From Candidatus Nomurabacteria bacterium (GTDB lineage: Bacteria > Patescibacteriota > Minisyncoccia > Phycocordibacterales > UBA9973), in NCBI GenBank assembly GCA_023267435.1, contig JAHFNH010000001.1:16253-80252 (forward strand): a stretch of DNA of 64,000 nucleotides, written 5' to 3'. The number at the start of each line of letters is the position of its first letter. Position 1 is the stretch's first letter. Below the pieces are notes generated by a model. That model was not told the DNA's origin and searched no databases. It saw only the letters and a program-made list of their open reading frames with translations. A program made the translations under genes and the position numbers. Positions 50,635-59,223 of this stretch are shown one piece after another.

Positions 50635-50693
50635 ATAAAAAAAATCCCCCGAAAGATTCGAGGGAAATTAATAAAATACTTACATAAAAGTTA

Positions 50694-51233
50694 CTAACGA
50701 TCTTCGTACAGATGTGGATTCTTATGCTTAATAAGAGCAAAGATTGCACTTTGTAAATACGTGCTGGTTCGATCAACCAAATCTGCTGTAAGAAACCCAA
50801 TGATACTGCCTTGTTGTTTCGAATTTGAAACACCAAACAATTCATCAACCGCAGGACCAAGCTCCATACCTTTTCTGATATTATCAGCAATGGATGTCGG
50901 TATTTCAAACGAAGCCGCTTTAGCACGTCCGACAACTCCGTCTTTTGATGCAATCACAATGTGACTGGTCTCAAACATATGGACAACATTATCAATAATG
51001 CCACTCTCTTGTGAAACCCAAAAATCTGCATCTGGATATTTTTCTTTACAATCATCAATTCGATTAAGAGCTCCACGAAGCGTCTCCTCATCGCTCTTTG
51101 GCTGATCGGAAACGTTTGACAAGGCACGGTAACTAACAAACTCAAATTTTTCATCTGGAAAAACTTGTTCAAAGGCTTGCTGTGCCACTTTTATTTTTAC
51201 TGGGTTCTGAGAACCGACGATAACTTTTTTCAT
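50694..51233 (-). CDS. yjjX: Inosine/xanthosine triphosphatase (YjjX/DUF84)
   Basis: VGSQNPVK, S.VSDQP..DEET..GA.NR, ELG, KQQG.IG.LT. Confidence 0.88.
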   Translation of the reverse strand: MKKVIVGSQNPVKIKVAQQAFEQVFPDEKFEFVSYRALSNVSDQPKSDEETLRGALNRIDDCKEKYPDADFWVSQESGIIDNVVHMFETSHIVIASKDGVVGRAKAASFEIPTSIADNIRKGMELGPAVDELFGVSNSKQQGSIIGFLTADLVDRTSTYLQSAIFALIKHKNPHLYEDR

Positions 51234-51426
51234 TTTTTACGTTTTTTGTTAAGGAAACCTATCTTATATTATTCTTGAAATAATGACAGGACAAACTATT
51301 TCTGTAACCACTATATAAGATATTTCTTAAAAGTCAACAAAGTAAGTAATATTTACTATTCAGTATCTTTCTACACCTCCCTTTTTCATAACTTAAATAT
51401 ACTCTGAAATAATTAAAAATGAAAGG

Positions 51427-51518
51427 GAAGTAGTTTTTAAAAAGCATTGCGCAGGCTGACGAGCCGAGTATAGCAAATTTTCAGCAGAAAATTATGTGCG
51501 GTTTTTAAAAGCTACTTC
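51427..51518. repeat. Foldback element with 17-bp arms and multi-hairpin core, downstream of rplK
   Basis: gaagtagtttttaaaaa ... tttttaaaagctacttc; inner ggct-gacg-agcc and aattttc-agca-gaaaatt. Confidence 0.65.
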
Positions 51519-51541
51519 GCTGGAATATTAACTTAAAAAAC

Positions 51542-51572
51542 AAAGAGCCCCCGACTTGGTCGGGGGCTCTTT
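51542..51572 (-). terminator. rplK terminator
   Basis: aaagagcccccgac-ttg-gtcgggggctcttt. Confidence 0.8.
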
Positions 51573-51582
51573 TAAAGTTTAA

Positions 51583-52008
51583 TTATTTTGTAACTTCGAT
51601 ACCGGCAGATCGGGCGGAACCTTCCACAATGCGAATAGCTCCTTCCATATCTTTAGCATTCAAGTCGGTCATTTTCTTTTCAGCGATTTCTTGAGCTTGA
51701 GCTTTGGTAATTTTTCCAGCTTTTGTGGTTTTGTTTTTACCAGAACCTTTCTCTACTCCGGCTGCTTTAAAGATAAGACCTGAAACTGGGGGGGTTTTGA
51801 TAAAGAAATCGTAAGTACGATCTTCGTAAACATGAACCACAACTCCAACCTTGTCTCCTGCCATCTTTTGAGTCGCAGCATTAAACTTGGTAACAAAATC
51901 ACCTATGTTAATACCAGCCTGTCCCAATGCGGGTCCTAAAGGAGGCGCTGGGGTAGCTTTTGCGGCCTGAATTTGTAGTTTTATTTTTTTGGTTATTTTC
52001 TTTGCCAT
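51583..52008 (-). CDS. rplK: 50S ribosomal protein L11
   Basis: ATPAPPLGPALG, KTPP, GSARSAGI. Confidence 0.97.
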   Translation of the reverse strand: MAKKITKKIKLQIQAAKATPAPPLGPALGQAGINIGDFVTKFNAATQKMAGDKVGVVVHVYEDRTYDFFIKTPPVSGLIFKAAGVEKGSGKNKTTKAGKITKAQAQEIAEKKMTDLNAKDMEGAIRIVEGSARSAGIEVTK

Positions 52009-52026
52009 ATAATTTACTAGATTAGC

Positions 52027-52572
52027 TTAAATCTTCTTAACTTGCAAGAAGTCGAGTTCGACTGGGGTCTCTCTTCCGAACATTGAAACAAGTACCTTTA
52101 CCTTTCCGCGTTCCTGGTCGGTAGAGTTTACTTTGCCTTCAAGGTCTTTAAACGGACCATCGGATATCAAAACTGTCTCTCCGATAGCAAGATCAATGTT
52201 ATGTTTCGCAGTACCTGTATCCATTTTCTTAAATAAATAATCAACTTCATCTTGTTTGAGAGGCACTGGGTTAACTCCTGCTCCGACGAATCCTGTAACG
52301 CGAGGAGTATTTCGGACAACATACCAAGAATCATCTGTTACGATCATATCAACCAAGACATAACCTGGGTAGATCTTTTCTTCTACTTCTGTTCTCTTTC
52401 CTGCTTTTATTTTTATTTTCTTTTCTGATGGAACAATGACGTTAAAAATTTTGTCGTGCATTCCTAGGGAATCGATACGCTGTTTCAAATTGCGAAGAAC
52501 CGCATTTTCATATCCGGCATAAGTATGGATCGCATACCAATTTCTAGCTCCTTGTGTTTCTTGTTTTGCCAT
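52027..52572 (-). CDS. nusG: Transcription factor NusG
   Basis: WYAIHTYAGYE, PGYVLV, VRNTPRVTGF, MFGRETPVEL. Confidence 0.97.
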   Translation of the reverse strand: MAKQETQGARNWYAIHTYAGYENAVLRNLKQRIDSLGMHDKIFNVIVPSEKKIKIKAGKRTEVEEKIYPGYVLVDMIVTDDSWYVVRNTPRVTGFVGAGVNPVPLKQDEVDYLFKKMDTGTAKHNIDLAIGETVLISDGPFKDLEGKVNSTDQERGKVKVLVSMFGRETPVELDFLQVKKI

Positions 52573-52576
52573 AAAT

Positions 52577-52762
52577 TTAGAAAGAAATTATTTTTACCAA
52601 ACCGCTTGAGAAAAGGAAGTCAAAAATACCTAAAAAGTAGGCTAATACTACGGACAATAAGAGGACAATCAAAGTATAAAAAAGAGTCTGGCTTCTGGTT
52701 GGCCAATTAACATGCTTCAACTCTGTTTTTGTTTCCTTTAAATATTCAGTGAATTTTGACAT
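52577..52762 (-). CDS. secE: Preprotein translocase subunit SecE
   Basis: ELKHVNWPT plus one TM; likely ATG at 52762. Confidence 0.93.
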   Translation of the reverse strand: MSKFTEYLKETKTELKHVNWPTRSQTLFYTLIVLLLSVVLAYFLGIFDFLFSSGLVKIISF

Positions 52763-52763
52763 A

Positions 52764-52807
52764 TGATTTTGCAAATCACGTCGCGTAAGTCCTTTTGATG
52801 CGACGCT
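52764..52807. repeat. Second twin-hairpin repeat family, intergenic copy
   Basis: tgattttgcaaatcacgtcgcgtaagtccttttgatgcgacgct, similar to 55534-55580. Confidence 0.7.
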
Positions 52808-52882
52808 ATTCCTTTTTATTTTTAAAAAAGCCCCCTTTCAAGGGCTTTTTTAATATTACTCTTTTCAGTCTAAATAGTCAAA

Positions 52883-53686
52883 TTATCTTATTTCATAAGT
52901 GATTGAAACATCAGAACTGATTTTGTTCTCACCTTTTGGAATTTCTGCCGGAGCTGGAGCTACAGCGCTCTCAGCCATCATGCCAGCCTTGGCATACATC
53001 ATCGGTATCGGGCTATTGTTGGACTCACTGAAAGAAGTTATTTTACCCAAACGAATACCTAAGTCTTTAGCTAAACTTTGTGCTTTTAGTTTTGCATCGT
53101 CTATCGCTATTTTTCTAGCTTCAACTTTCAAACCATCTTCATTGTCTATCGCAAAATTTGGTCCATTTAAATTAGAAACGCCAAGCGCCCCGATACCTTG
53201 GATTATTTTGCCAGCATCATCTGTGTTTCTTATTTTAACGGTAATACTCTCACTGGCTGTGTATCCGACAATGACATTGTTGCCAGTTGGTGGAGGACAG
53301 TTTACTTGAGCACAAGGTATTTGCTTTCCATATCTGTATTCGTATTTCGGATAGAAAGATGAATTGGTTGTTTTAATATCTTTGTCAGCAATATTATTTG
53401 ATCTCAAAAAAGAAAGAGAATCTTTCTCGATCTGTGCTACGCCATCTTGCGCTTCTTTGACAGTCTTCGCGTCTTTTGAAATTGTAAAATCAATATTGGC
53501 AATATCTGGCACAGCAGAAACTTCTCCATGACCAGAGAAAGTTATAATATCTTTAGGTTGATCGTTATATCTGCCAAAAGACCTATTTTCAAAACATGCT
53601 TGGACAACGAAAGCGACTAAAAAAGCAATTAAAGCAATTTTCAAACCGCGATATAATTTTACTTTTTTTTCTGGTGATAATTCCAT
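52883..53686 (-). CDS. SIMPL (DUF541) domain protein
   Basis: SGHGEVSAVPDIA, DIKT, AIDDAK.KA..LA...G..LG, IP.GE. Confidence 0.9.
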   Translation of the reverse strand: MELSPEKKVKLYRGLKIALIAFLVAFVVQACFENRSFGRYNDQPKDIITFSGHGEVSAVPDIANIDFTISKDAKTVKEAQDGVAQIEKDSLSFLRSNNIADKDIKTTNSSFYPKYEYRYGKQIPCAQVNCPPPTGNNVIVGYTASESITVKIRNTDDAGKIIQGIGALGVSNLNGPNFAIDNEDGLKVEARKIAIDDAKLKAQSLAKDLGIRLGKITSFSESNNSPIPMMYAKAGMMAESAVAPAPAEIPKGENKISSDVSITYEIR

Positions 53687-53714
53687 ATTTTAATTCCCGC
53701 CGTAGCGAAATAAA

Positions 53715-54227
53715 TTATTTTTTAATTCCAATAAGTTCGACAGTGAAAGTTAATTTTGCATTTGGAGGAATTACTCCGCCAGCACCAGCTGCACCATAAG
53801 CGTATTCAGGATTAATTTCCAATTTTCTCTGCTCGCCTGTTTTCATTCCATCTACTCCAATATCCCAGCCCTTAATAACTTGTCCTGCACCGAGTGTGAA
53901 AATAAATGGTTGAACATGGTTAAACTTTGGATCAATATTTGAATCAAAAGCAGTGCCATCTTCAAGTGTTCCTGTGTAATTCATAGCGACAGTATCGCCA
54001 GCTTTCGCTGCATCGCCTGTGCCTTCTCTTAAGACTGTAATTTTTACTCCATCAACTTGCTGTGTGTTATCCATATTTGTATTTGTATTTGTATTTTGCT
54101 CTTGTCCAACTTGTGGAGCTGGCTCAGGAGTGTTCTTTTTATTAATAGTAATGTAAACCAAAACTGCAATCACAACCGCAAAGATTATGATTGAAACCAT
54201 CATACTTGTTTTTTTGTCTTTTAACAT
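53715..54227 (-). CDS. FKBP-type peptidyl-prolyl isomerase, membrane anchored
   Basis: YTGTL.DG..FDS, VIKGWD, AYG...IPPNA.L.F.VEL. Confidence 0.95.
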   Translation of the reverse strand: MLKDKKTSMMVSIIIFAVVIAVLVYITINKKNTPEPAPQVGQEQNTNTNTNMDNTQQVDGVKITVLREGTGDAAKAGDTVAMNYTGTLEDGTAFDSNIDPKFNHVQPFIFTLGAGQVIKGWDIGVDGMKTGEQRKLEINPEYAYGAAGAGGVIPPNAKLTFTVELIGIKK

Positions 54228-54289
54228 AAATTAAAAAATAATTAACTTTTAATAACCTCAATTATACACCTAGTCAGCATATAAACAAA

Positions 54290-55333
54290 TTAGATGAGAT
54301 TTACCTCTGGTGTCAGCTTTAAACCGAATTTTTGTTCAACCGATTCAATGATTTTATCAGCTAAATCTAAAATTTCTTCGCCTTTCGCTCCGCCATAATT
54401 CACTAAAACAAGCGCTTGTTTATCATGTACGCCGACATTGCCGAGTCTTTTTCCTTTCCAACCAGACTGTTCAATGAGCCAGCCAGTTGGGATTTTTATC
54501 AATTCTCCTTCTGCCTCACCGGCAGACGAGTCTTTAAACACTGGCATGTCTGAGTATATTTCCAGTAAGCTCTGTGCTTTTTCTTTATCGACATAAACAT
54601 TCTTAAAAAAACTTCCAGCATTACCTAAAATTTTTGGGTCAGGTAGTTTGCTTTTGCGAATTGCTGAGACGGCATCGCTGACATCTTTGGAACTTTTTAT
54701 TTCGATATTGTTTTCTTTTAAATAACTCTCGAGTGCTTTGTAGTCTGCATTCAATTTTGGAATTTTGCTCAATTTCAAAGTTATTGCAGTAATAAAATAT
54801 TTACCTTTTAATTTATTTTTAAAAACACTTTCCCTGTAACCGAACTCACATTCTTCTTTTGTAAAAACTTTTTTCTCACCAGACCCTATTTCAATAGCTT
54901 CTAAACTTTCTAAAACATCTTTCAACTCCACTCCGTATGCTCCCATATTTTGTATCGGTGCTGCGCCAGCCGTGCCAGGAATCAACGACATATTTTCAAT
55001 ACCCCAAAATCCGTGATTTACAGAAAACAAAACCACATCATGCCAGACTTCCCCACCCATAGCTTTAATCAAAACTGTTTCTGAATTTTCATCCTGAACT
55101 TGCTGAAGGACAATTCCTTTTAATTTATCTAAAACAACCAAACCATTAAAATCTTTGGTAAAAAGAACATTACTGCCGGCACCTAAAATAAATCTTTCAT
55201 TTTCCTTAAATTCCGGAGACAAAAAAAGTTCCTGCAAATCCGCTTCACTAGTAACCTCGACAAAAAGCTTCGCTTTAGCCCTTATTCCAAAAGTATTTAA
55301 ATTAGTTAAATCATAATCCCGTAAAATTTCCAT
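54290..55333 (-). CDS. murB: UDP-N-acetylmuramate dehydrogenase
   Basis: NTFGI, GAGSNVL, IPGTAGAAPIQN.GAYG, GNAGSFFKN, QALVLVN, PEV. Confidence 0.96.
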   Translation of the reverse strand: MEILRDYDLTNLNTFGIRAKAKLFVEVTSEADLQELFLSPEFKENERFILGAGSNVLFTKDFNGLVVLDKLKGIVLQQVQDENSETVLIKAMGGEVWHDVVLFSVNHGFWGIENMSLIPGTAGAAPIQNMGAYGVELKDVLESLEAIEIGSGEKKVFTKEECEFGYRESVFKNKLKGKYFITAITLKLSKIPKLNADYKALESYLKENNIEIKSSKDVSDAVSAIRKSKLPDPKILGNAGSFFKNVYVDKEKAQSLLEIYSDMPVFKDSSAGEAEGELIKIPTGWLIEQSGWKGKRLGNVGVHDKQALVLVNYGGAKGEEILDLADKIIESVEQKFGLKLTPEVNLI

Positions 55334-55380
55334 ATATTAAAACTATACTCCTTAATGAGTAATGTGCGCAAATATTAAAA

Positions 55381-56985
55381 TTATTCGATTAATCCAAGCT
55401 TTTCTAGTCTCGCCGAGATTGCCCCCCTTTTTCTGCCGAATTCTTTTGCTAAGTCTTTAATTGGTGTTTTCTTTTCAAAAAGTTCAAACAATTTTTCATC
55501 TTCTTCTGTTGTCCAAGATTTGTATGCGTTGGGTGATTCTGCAGAATCACGTCGCGCAGTGTCCTTTGAAGCGCGACGCTTTTTTGTGTTTATAGTTCCA
55601 CTATTTTTTCTAGATTCTTTTACTATCTTACCACCCGAAGCAGTAACAAAATTACTGTGCATTTTTAAAAGTTTGTCTTTAGAAATTTCAGCAAAAAGTT
55701 TTTCCGCATCTTTTGATTGTTCATGAAACATCGCATCCTTCTCCAGAATTTCTGGATGCACCTGAAAAGCTCTAGCATTAAACCCGATAATATGAAGTCC
55801 GGAAAGTCTACGTACGCGAGATAATGCGACATAACCTTGTCCATACTCAAACACATCCGACAAATCCATAATTGCCGAATCCATACTCATCCCCTGACTT
55901 TTATGAACAGTAATAGCCCAAGCGAGGCGAAGCGGTATCTGAATTATCTTCGCTTTTATTTTTCCATTTTCTTCGACACTCCATTCCATCGGCTCGACGA
56001 TAATTCTTTTTCCATTTCGAGTTTGAACAATAGGACTTCTGGAACCTTTTTGAAATTCTACGACAGTGCCGAGAGTTCCATTTACAAATCCTTCTTTTGG
56101 ATTATTTTTAGTGAACATAACTTCCGCGCCAATTTTCAAATATAAATTTTCTGGTGACAAGCATCCTTTTTTCAAAATAGCGACAAGTGCATCTGGTCCG
56201 ACTGAATCCATAATAAATTCTTCTGTATCACTTTCTATTTTTGAAAGGGTTACGGTGTTTACCGAATCCACATCGACATTGTGCGAATAAAGTTTCGGTG
56301 CTTTTTCTGGCAGATTTGCTCTGTCCACTTTTCGTTCTTCTAACTGTTCAAAATGTTCTTGATCAAAAGTGTTACTGCGAATAGCCGAAAGAATAGAAAG
56401 AAAGACTTCATCGTCTTGTCGGTATTGTTCAGTCAGATAACAAACTATCGGCCGAGCCTTCTCCCAGGCAGGACAATCACAAGCAAAAATGGGTTCTGGT
56501 CCATCGTCCATCAGAGATGCTTGAAGTTTTTGTTCTGTTTCTCTTTTTATAATCGGTGGCAACTGAAAAAAATCCCCAACGAATATTACTTGGAGCCCGC
56601 CAAATGCTTCGTGAGTATTGTTCACTTCTCGACAAACTGCATCCACCATCGAAAGTGTCGTCGATGAAAGCATTGAGATCTCATCGATCACAAGAACTTT
56701 CGCACGACGAATTCTTTTTGAAACATATTCATTGCTGGCAATTTTATCTAAGTCGTATTTATCTAATTTATTTTTTATTCCGATTCCACTCCAAGAATGT
56801 ATTGTCATACCGCCGATATGCGTCGCTGCGATACCAGTCGAAGCAGTAATAGCGACTTCCACATCGGAGTCGCGCAAATAATTTACATATTCATTAATAG
56901 TATGAGTTTTACCGGCACCAGGTTCGCCTGTGAGAAATACATTTGCTCCTGTCTTTAAAATATCTAGAGCTTCTTTTTGAGTCAT
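55381..56985 (-). CDS. PIF1/RecD-like SF1B DNA helicase with C-terminal HTH-like domain
   Basis: GEPGAGKT, DEISM, GDFFQLPP, AWAITVHKSQG, YVALSR; C-terminal WTTEEDEKL. Confidence 0.92.
   Translation of the reverse strand: MTQKEALDILKTGANVFLTGEPGAGKTHTINEYVNYLRDSDVEVAITASTGIAATHIGGMTIHSWSGIGIKNKLDKYDLDKIASNEYVSKRIRRAKVLVIDEISMLSSTTLSMVDAVCREVNNTHEAFGGLQVIFVGDFFQLPPIIKRETEQKLQASLMDDGPEPIFACDCPAWEKARPIVCYLTEQYRQDDEVFLSILSAIRSNTFDQEHFEQLEERKVDRANLPEKAPKLYSHNVDVDSVNTVTLSKIESDTEEFIMDSVGPDALVAILKKGCLSPENLYLKIGAEVMFTKNNPKEGFVNGTLGTVVEFQKGSRSPIVQTRNGKRIIVEPMEWSVEENGKIKAKIIQIPLRLAWAITVHKSQGMSMDSAIMDLSDVFEYGQGYVALSRVRRLSGLHIIGFNARAFQVHPEILEKDAMFHEQSKDAEKLFAEISKDKLLKMHSNFVTASGGKIVKESRKNSGTINTKKRRASKDTARRDSAESPNAYKSWTTEEDEKLFELFEKKTPIKDLAKEFGRKRGAISARLEKLGLIE
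55533..55580. repeat. Second twin-hairpin repeat family, in-frame copy in the helicase
   Basis: gtgattctg|cagaatcac palindrome plus cgtcgcgc...gcgcgacg hairpin. Confidence 0.7.
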
Positions 56986-56987
56986 TG

Positions 56988-57059
56988 GGCGCCCGGAGGG
57001 AGTTGAACCCTCGATACCGGTTCCACAAACCGGAGTTTTACCGTTAAACTACGGGCACC
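56988..57059 (-). tRNA. tRNA-His(GTG), with G-1 encoded
   Basis: G-GTGCCCG...CCGGT-TT-GTG-GA-ACCGG...GAGGG-TTCAACT-CCCTC-CGGGCGC-C. Confidence 0.95.
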
Positions 57060-57147
57060 ATGTGTATATCTCCTACTTCTAAGAGACGCTGACCATTATG
57101 GCAGAACAAGGCCAATTTTTCAACTTTAGAATTTTATTCTAGTGTTG

Positions 57148-57231
57148 TGCACGAGGGGAGATTTGAACTCCCATGCCCTTGCGAGCGCTACCACCTCAAG
57201 GTAGTGCGTCTACCAGTTTCGCCACCCGTGC
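57148..57231 (-). tRNA. tRNA-Leu(GAG)
   Basis: GCACGGG...CTACC-TT-GAG-GT-GGTAG, long variable arm, TTCAAAT loop. Confidence 0.95.
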
Positions 57232-57290
57232 ATTTCTAGACTCTAACAAAAAAATCCACTTTTGTGAAATGGATTTTTTGTTTAAATATT

Positions 57291-57725
57291 TTATTCGATG
57301 ACTCCGGCGGCTTTGTCTTCTTCTTCAGTTTTACTGTCTGCATCTAGAGTGACTGAACGCATTTTTCTTCGAACATCCTTCACCGCCTTAGTTCGGATGT
57401 AATAAAGTTTTGATCTGCGGGCTCGAGCTTTTTTAACAACTTCAATCTTATCAACCATCGGAGAATAAATCGGAAAGATTCTTTCTACGCCGACACCTGA
57501 TGCAACCTTTCTAACTGTAAATGTTGCTCCAGCTTCTGCACCGTGCTTTCTTGCAAGTACGATTCCTTCAAAAGCCTGTAAGCGGAATTTTCCTGTTTCG
57601 CCTTTCTTAGCGGCTTTTTCTTCAGGAATTTTGGACCAAACACGAACTGTATCACCAGCATTGAAATCAAGCTTCTTTCGCGCTTCGATATCGACTGGAC
57701 TAAATTTGATTTTTGTTACTGCCAT
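57291..57725 (-). CDS. rplS: 50S ribosomal protein L19
   Basis: GDTVRV, RLQAFEG, FTVRK...GVGVERIFP, RRSKLYYIR. Confidence 0.97.
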   Translation of the reverse strand: MAVTKIKFSPVDIEARKKLDFNAGDTVRVWSKIPEEKAAKKGETGKFRLQAFEGIVLARKHGAEAGATFTVRKVASGVGVERIFPIYSPMVDKIEVVKKARARRSKLYYIRTKAVKDVRRKMRSVTLDADSKTEEEDKAAGVIE

Positions 57726-57847
57726 AATTCATACAATCTAACACAAACACTTTGTTTTTGCAATTATTTCGGTTTGAAAGCATTTTTAGGCCTAAAATAA
57801 AAAAATACCCCCTAATAATATAGGAGGTATTCAATCTTTTTGACAAA

Positions 57848-58348
57848 TTAAGTAATATTACAAATAGCACCAAAGCTATGAAAACCACTATGACGAACGA
57901 CATGATCAAGCTTCCTCTTTGGACCATCTGAGGAAAGAATTGGCACACGAAACTCCTGATGCATATCTTTAAAAACTGAACCCAAAGAAATAATGTTAGT
58001 ATGTTTTTGAAGTTCCGGATCTTTTATTCCCAAAGCCAAAAGTTCTTCGATTGTGATTGGACGACAATCACCTCTCTTCATCCTGATCATTACTTCGGTG
58101 AATGGAATTAATTTACTAAAAGTAAAAACTTCAATGATCGAAATTCGTTTGGTTTTATTTACTATTGGAAAATTATTCTCATTAATTTCACTATTAATTA
58201 AATCATAACCTCCCAAACGAATAAGTTGTTCTATGGTTTTAGTACCATCAATTTCTACTTCAAAAGAGTGGTGACCTGTTTCAGGATGTCCCATCTCAAC
58301 TGTTCCAGGAATTCTAATCCCTGGATGTCTATTACTAATTTCTGTCAT
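57848..58348 (-). CDS. Hypothetical protein
   Basis: 166-aa ORF (RPITIEELLALG..P..Q...I.SLGS) with own upstream TTGACT and downstream hairpin. Confidence 0.65.
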   Translation of the reverse strand: MTEISNRHPGIRIPGTVEMGHPETGHHSFEVEIDGTKTIEQLIRLGGYDLINSEINENNFPIVNKTKRISIIEVFTFSKLIPFTEVMIRMKRGDCRPITIEELLALGIKDPELQKHTNIISLGSVFKDMHQEFRVPILSSDGPKRKLDHVVRHSGFHSFGAICNIT

Positions 58349-58470
58349 AACTTTATGATTTATTTGTTTAAAGAACTATTTGAGCCAATCAAACCACTGT
58401 GTGGTATCCAAGGCGGCTTTACCTTTGGGATATAATTTATAAATCTTTTGAGATAAAAAGTCAACAATAT

Positions 58471-59223
58471 TTACACTGAAAACTTTTTAAAATCTTCTGG
58501 AAGGGGTGCTTCTATTTTTATTTTTTTACCTTCTAAATTTTCAAATTCAATAGACTTGGCATGCAAGGCTAAACGAGAAATGCCTAGAGGGCAAGGTTTG
58601 CCCGGATCATAAAGTGAATCACAGGCAACAGGGTGATTTAAATATTTCATATGCACGCGGATCTGATGCGTGCGTCCAGTCTTGGGACGTACTTCCAAAT
58701 AACTAAATTTATTTCCATTTTTATCTTCAAATTTTTTCAGGACAGTATATTCAGTAATAGCTTCACGTAGTTCTCCTCGCGCACCTCGTCCAGCCAAACG
58801 ACGACGAAAATCACTAGGGCTTCGTCCGATTGGTTTATTGATCACTCCTTTATCTTCTTTAAAGAATCCAGAAACGATAGCGTGATAAGTTTTCTTTATT
58901 TCCCTGTCTTGGAATTGTTTTTTTAAAAATTCATGAGCTTTTTGATTTTTCACCAAAAGTAAAACACCGGAAGTATCTTTGTCTAAACGATGCACTATGC
59001 CAGGACGTTTTATTTCACTCTCTTCAGAAACAATCGGTTCACCGACATTTTCCATTTCCGGATAATTTTCCAAAATCCAATGGGTCAAATCTTTTTCCTT
59101 GCTCTTTCCATCCGCATGCACCGAAATACCCGACGGTTTGTCTATGGCTAAAATATTTTTATCTTCGTAGAGAACTTTGGGTAAAAGTTTACTGTTTTTG
59201 TTTGTTGATATTTTTTGTAACAT
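58471..59223 (-). CDS. RluA/RluD family pseudouridine synthase
   Basis: DKPSG, HRLDKDTSG, TGRTHQIRVH, LHA. Confidence 0.95.
   Translation of the reverse strand: MLQKISTNKNSKLLPKVLYEDKNILAIDKPSGISVHADGKSKEKDLTHWILENYPEMENVGEPIVSEESEIKRPGIVHRLDKDTSGVLLLVKNQKAHEFLKKQFQDREIKKTYHAIVSGFFKEDKGVINKPIGRSPSDFRRRLAGRGARGELREAITEYTVLKKFEDKNGNKFSYLEVRPKTGRTHQIRVHMKYLNHPVACDSLYDPGKPCPLGISRLALHAKSIEFENLEGKKIKIEAPLPEDFKKFSV

Noticed and set aside
53695-53708. cccgccgtagcg resembling a twin-hairpin remnant
   Set aside because: Too short and lacks the complementary arm.
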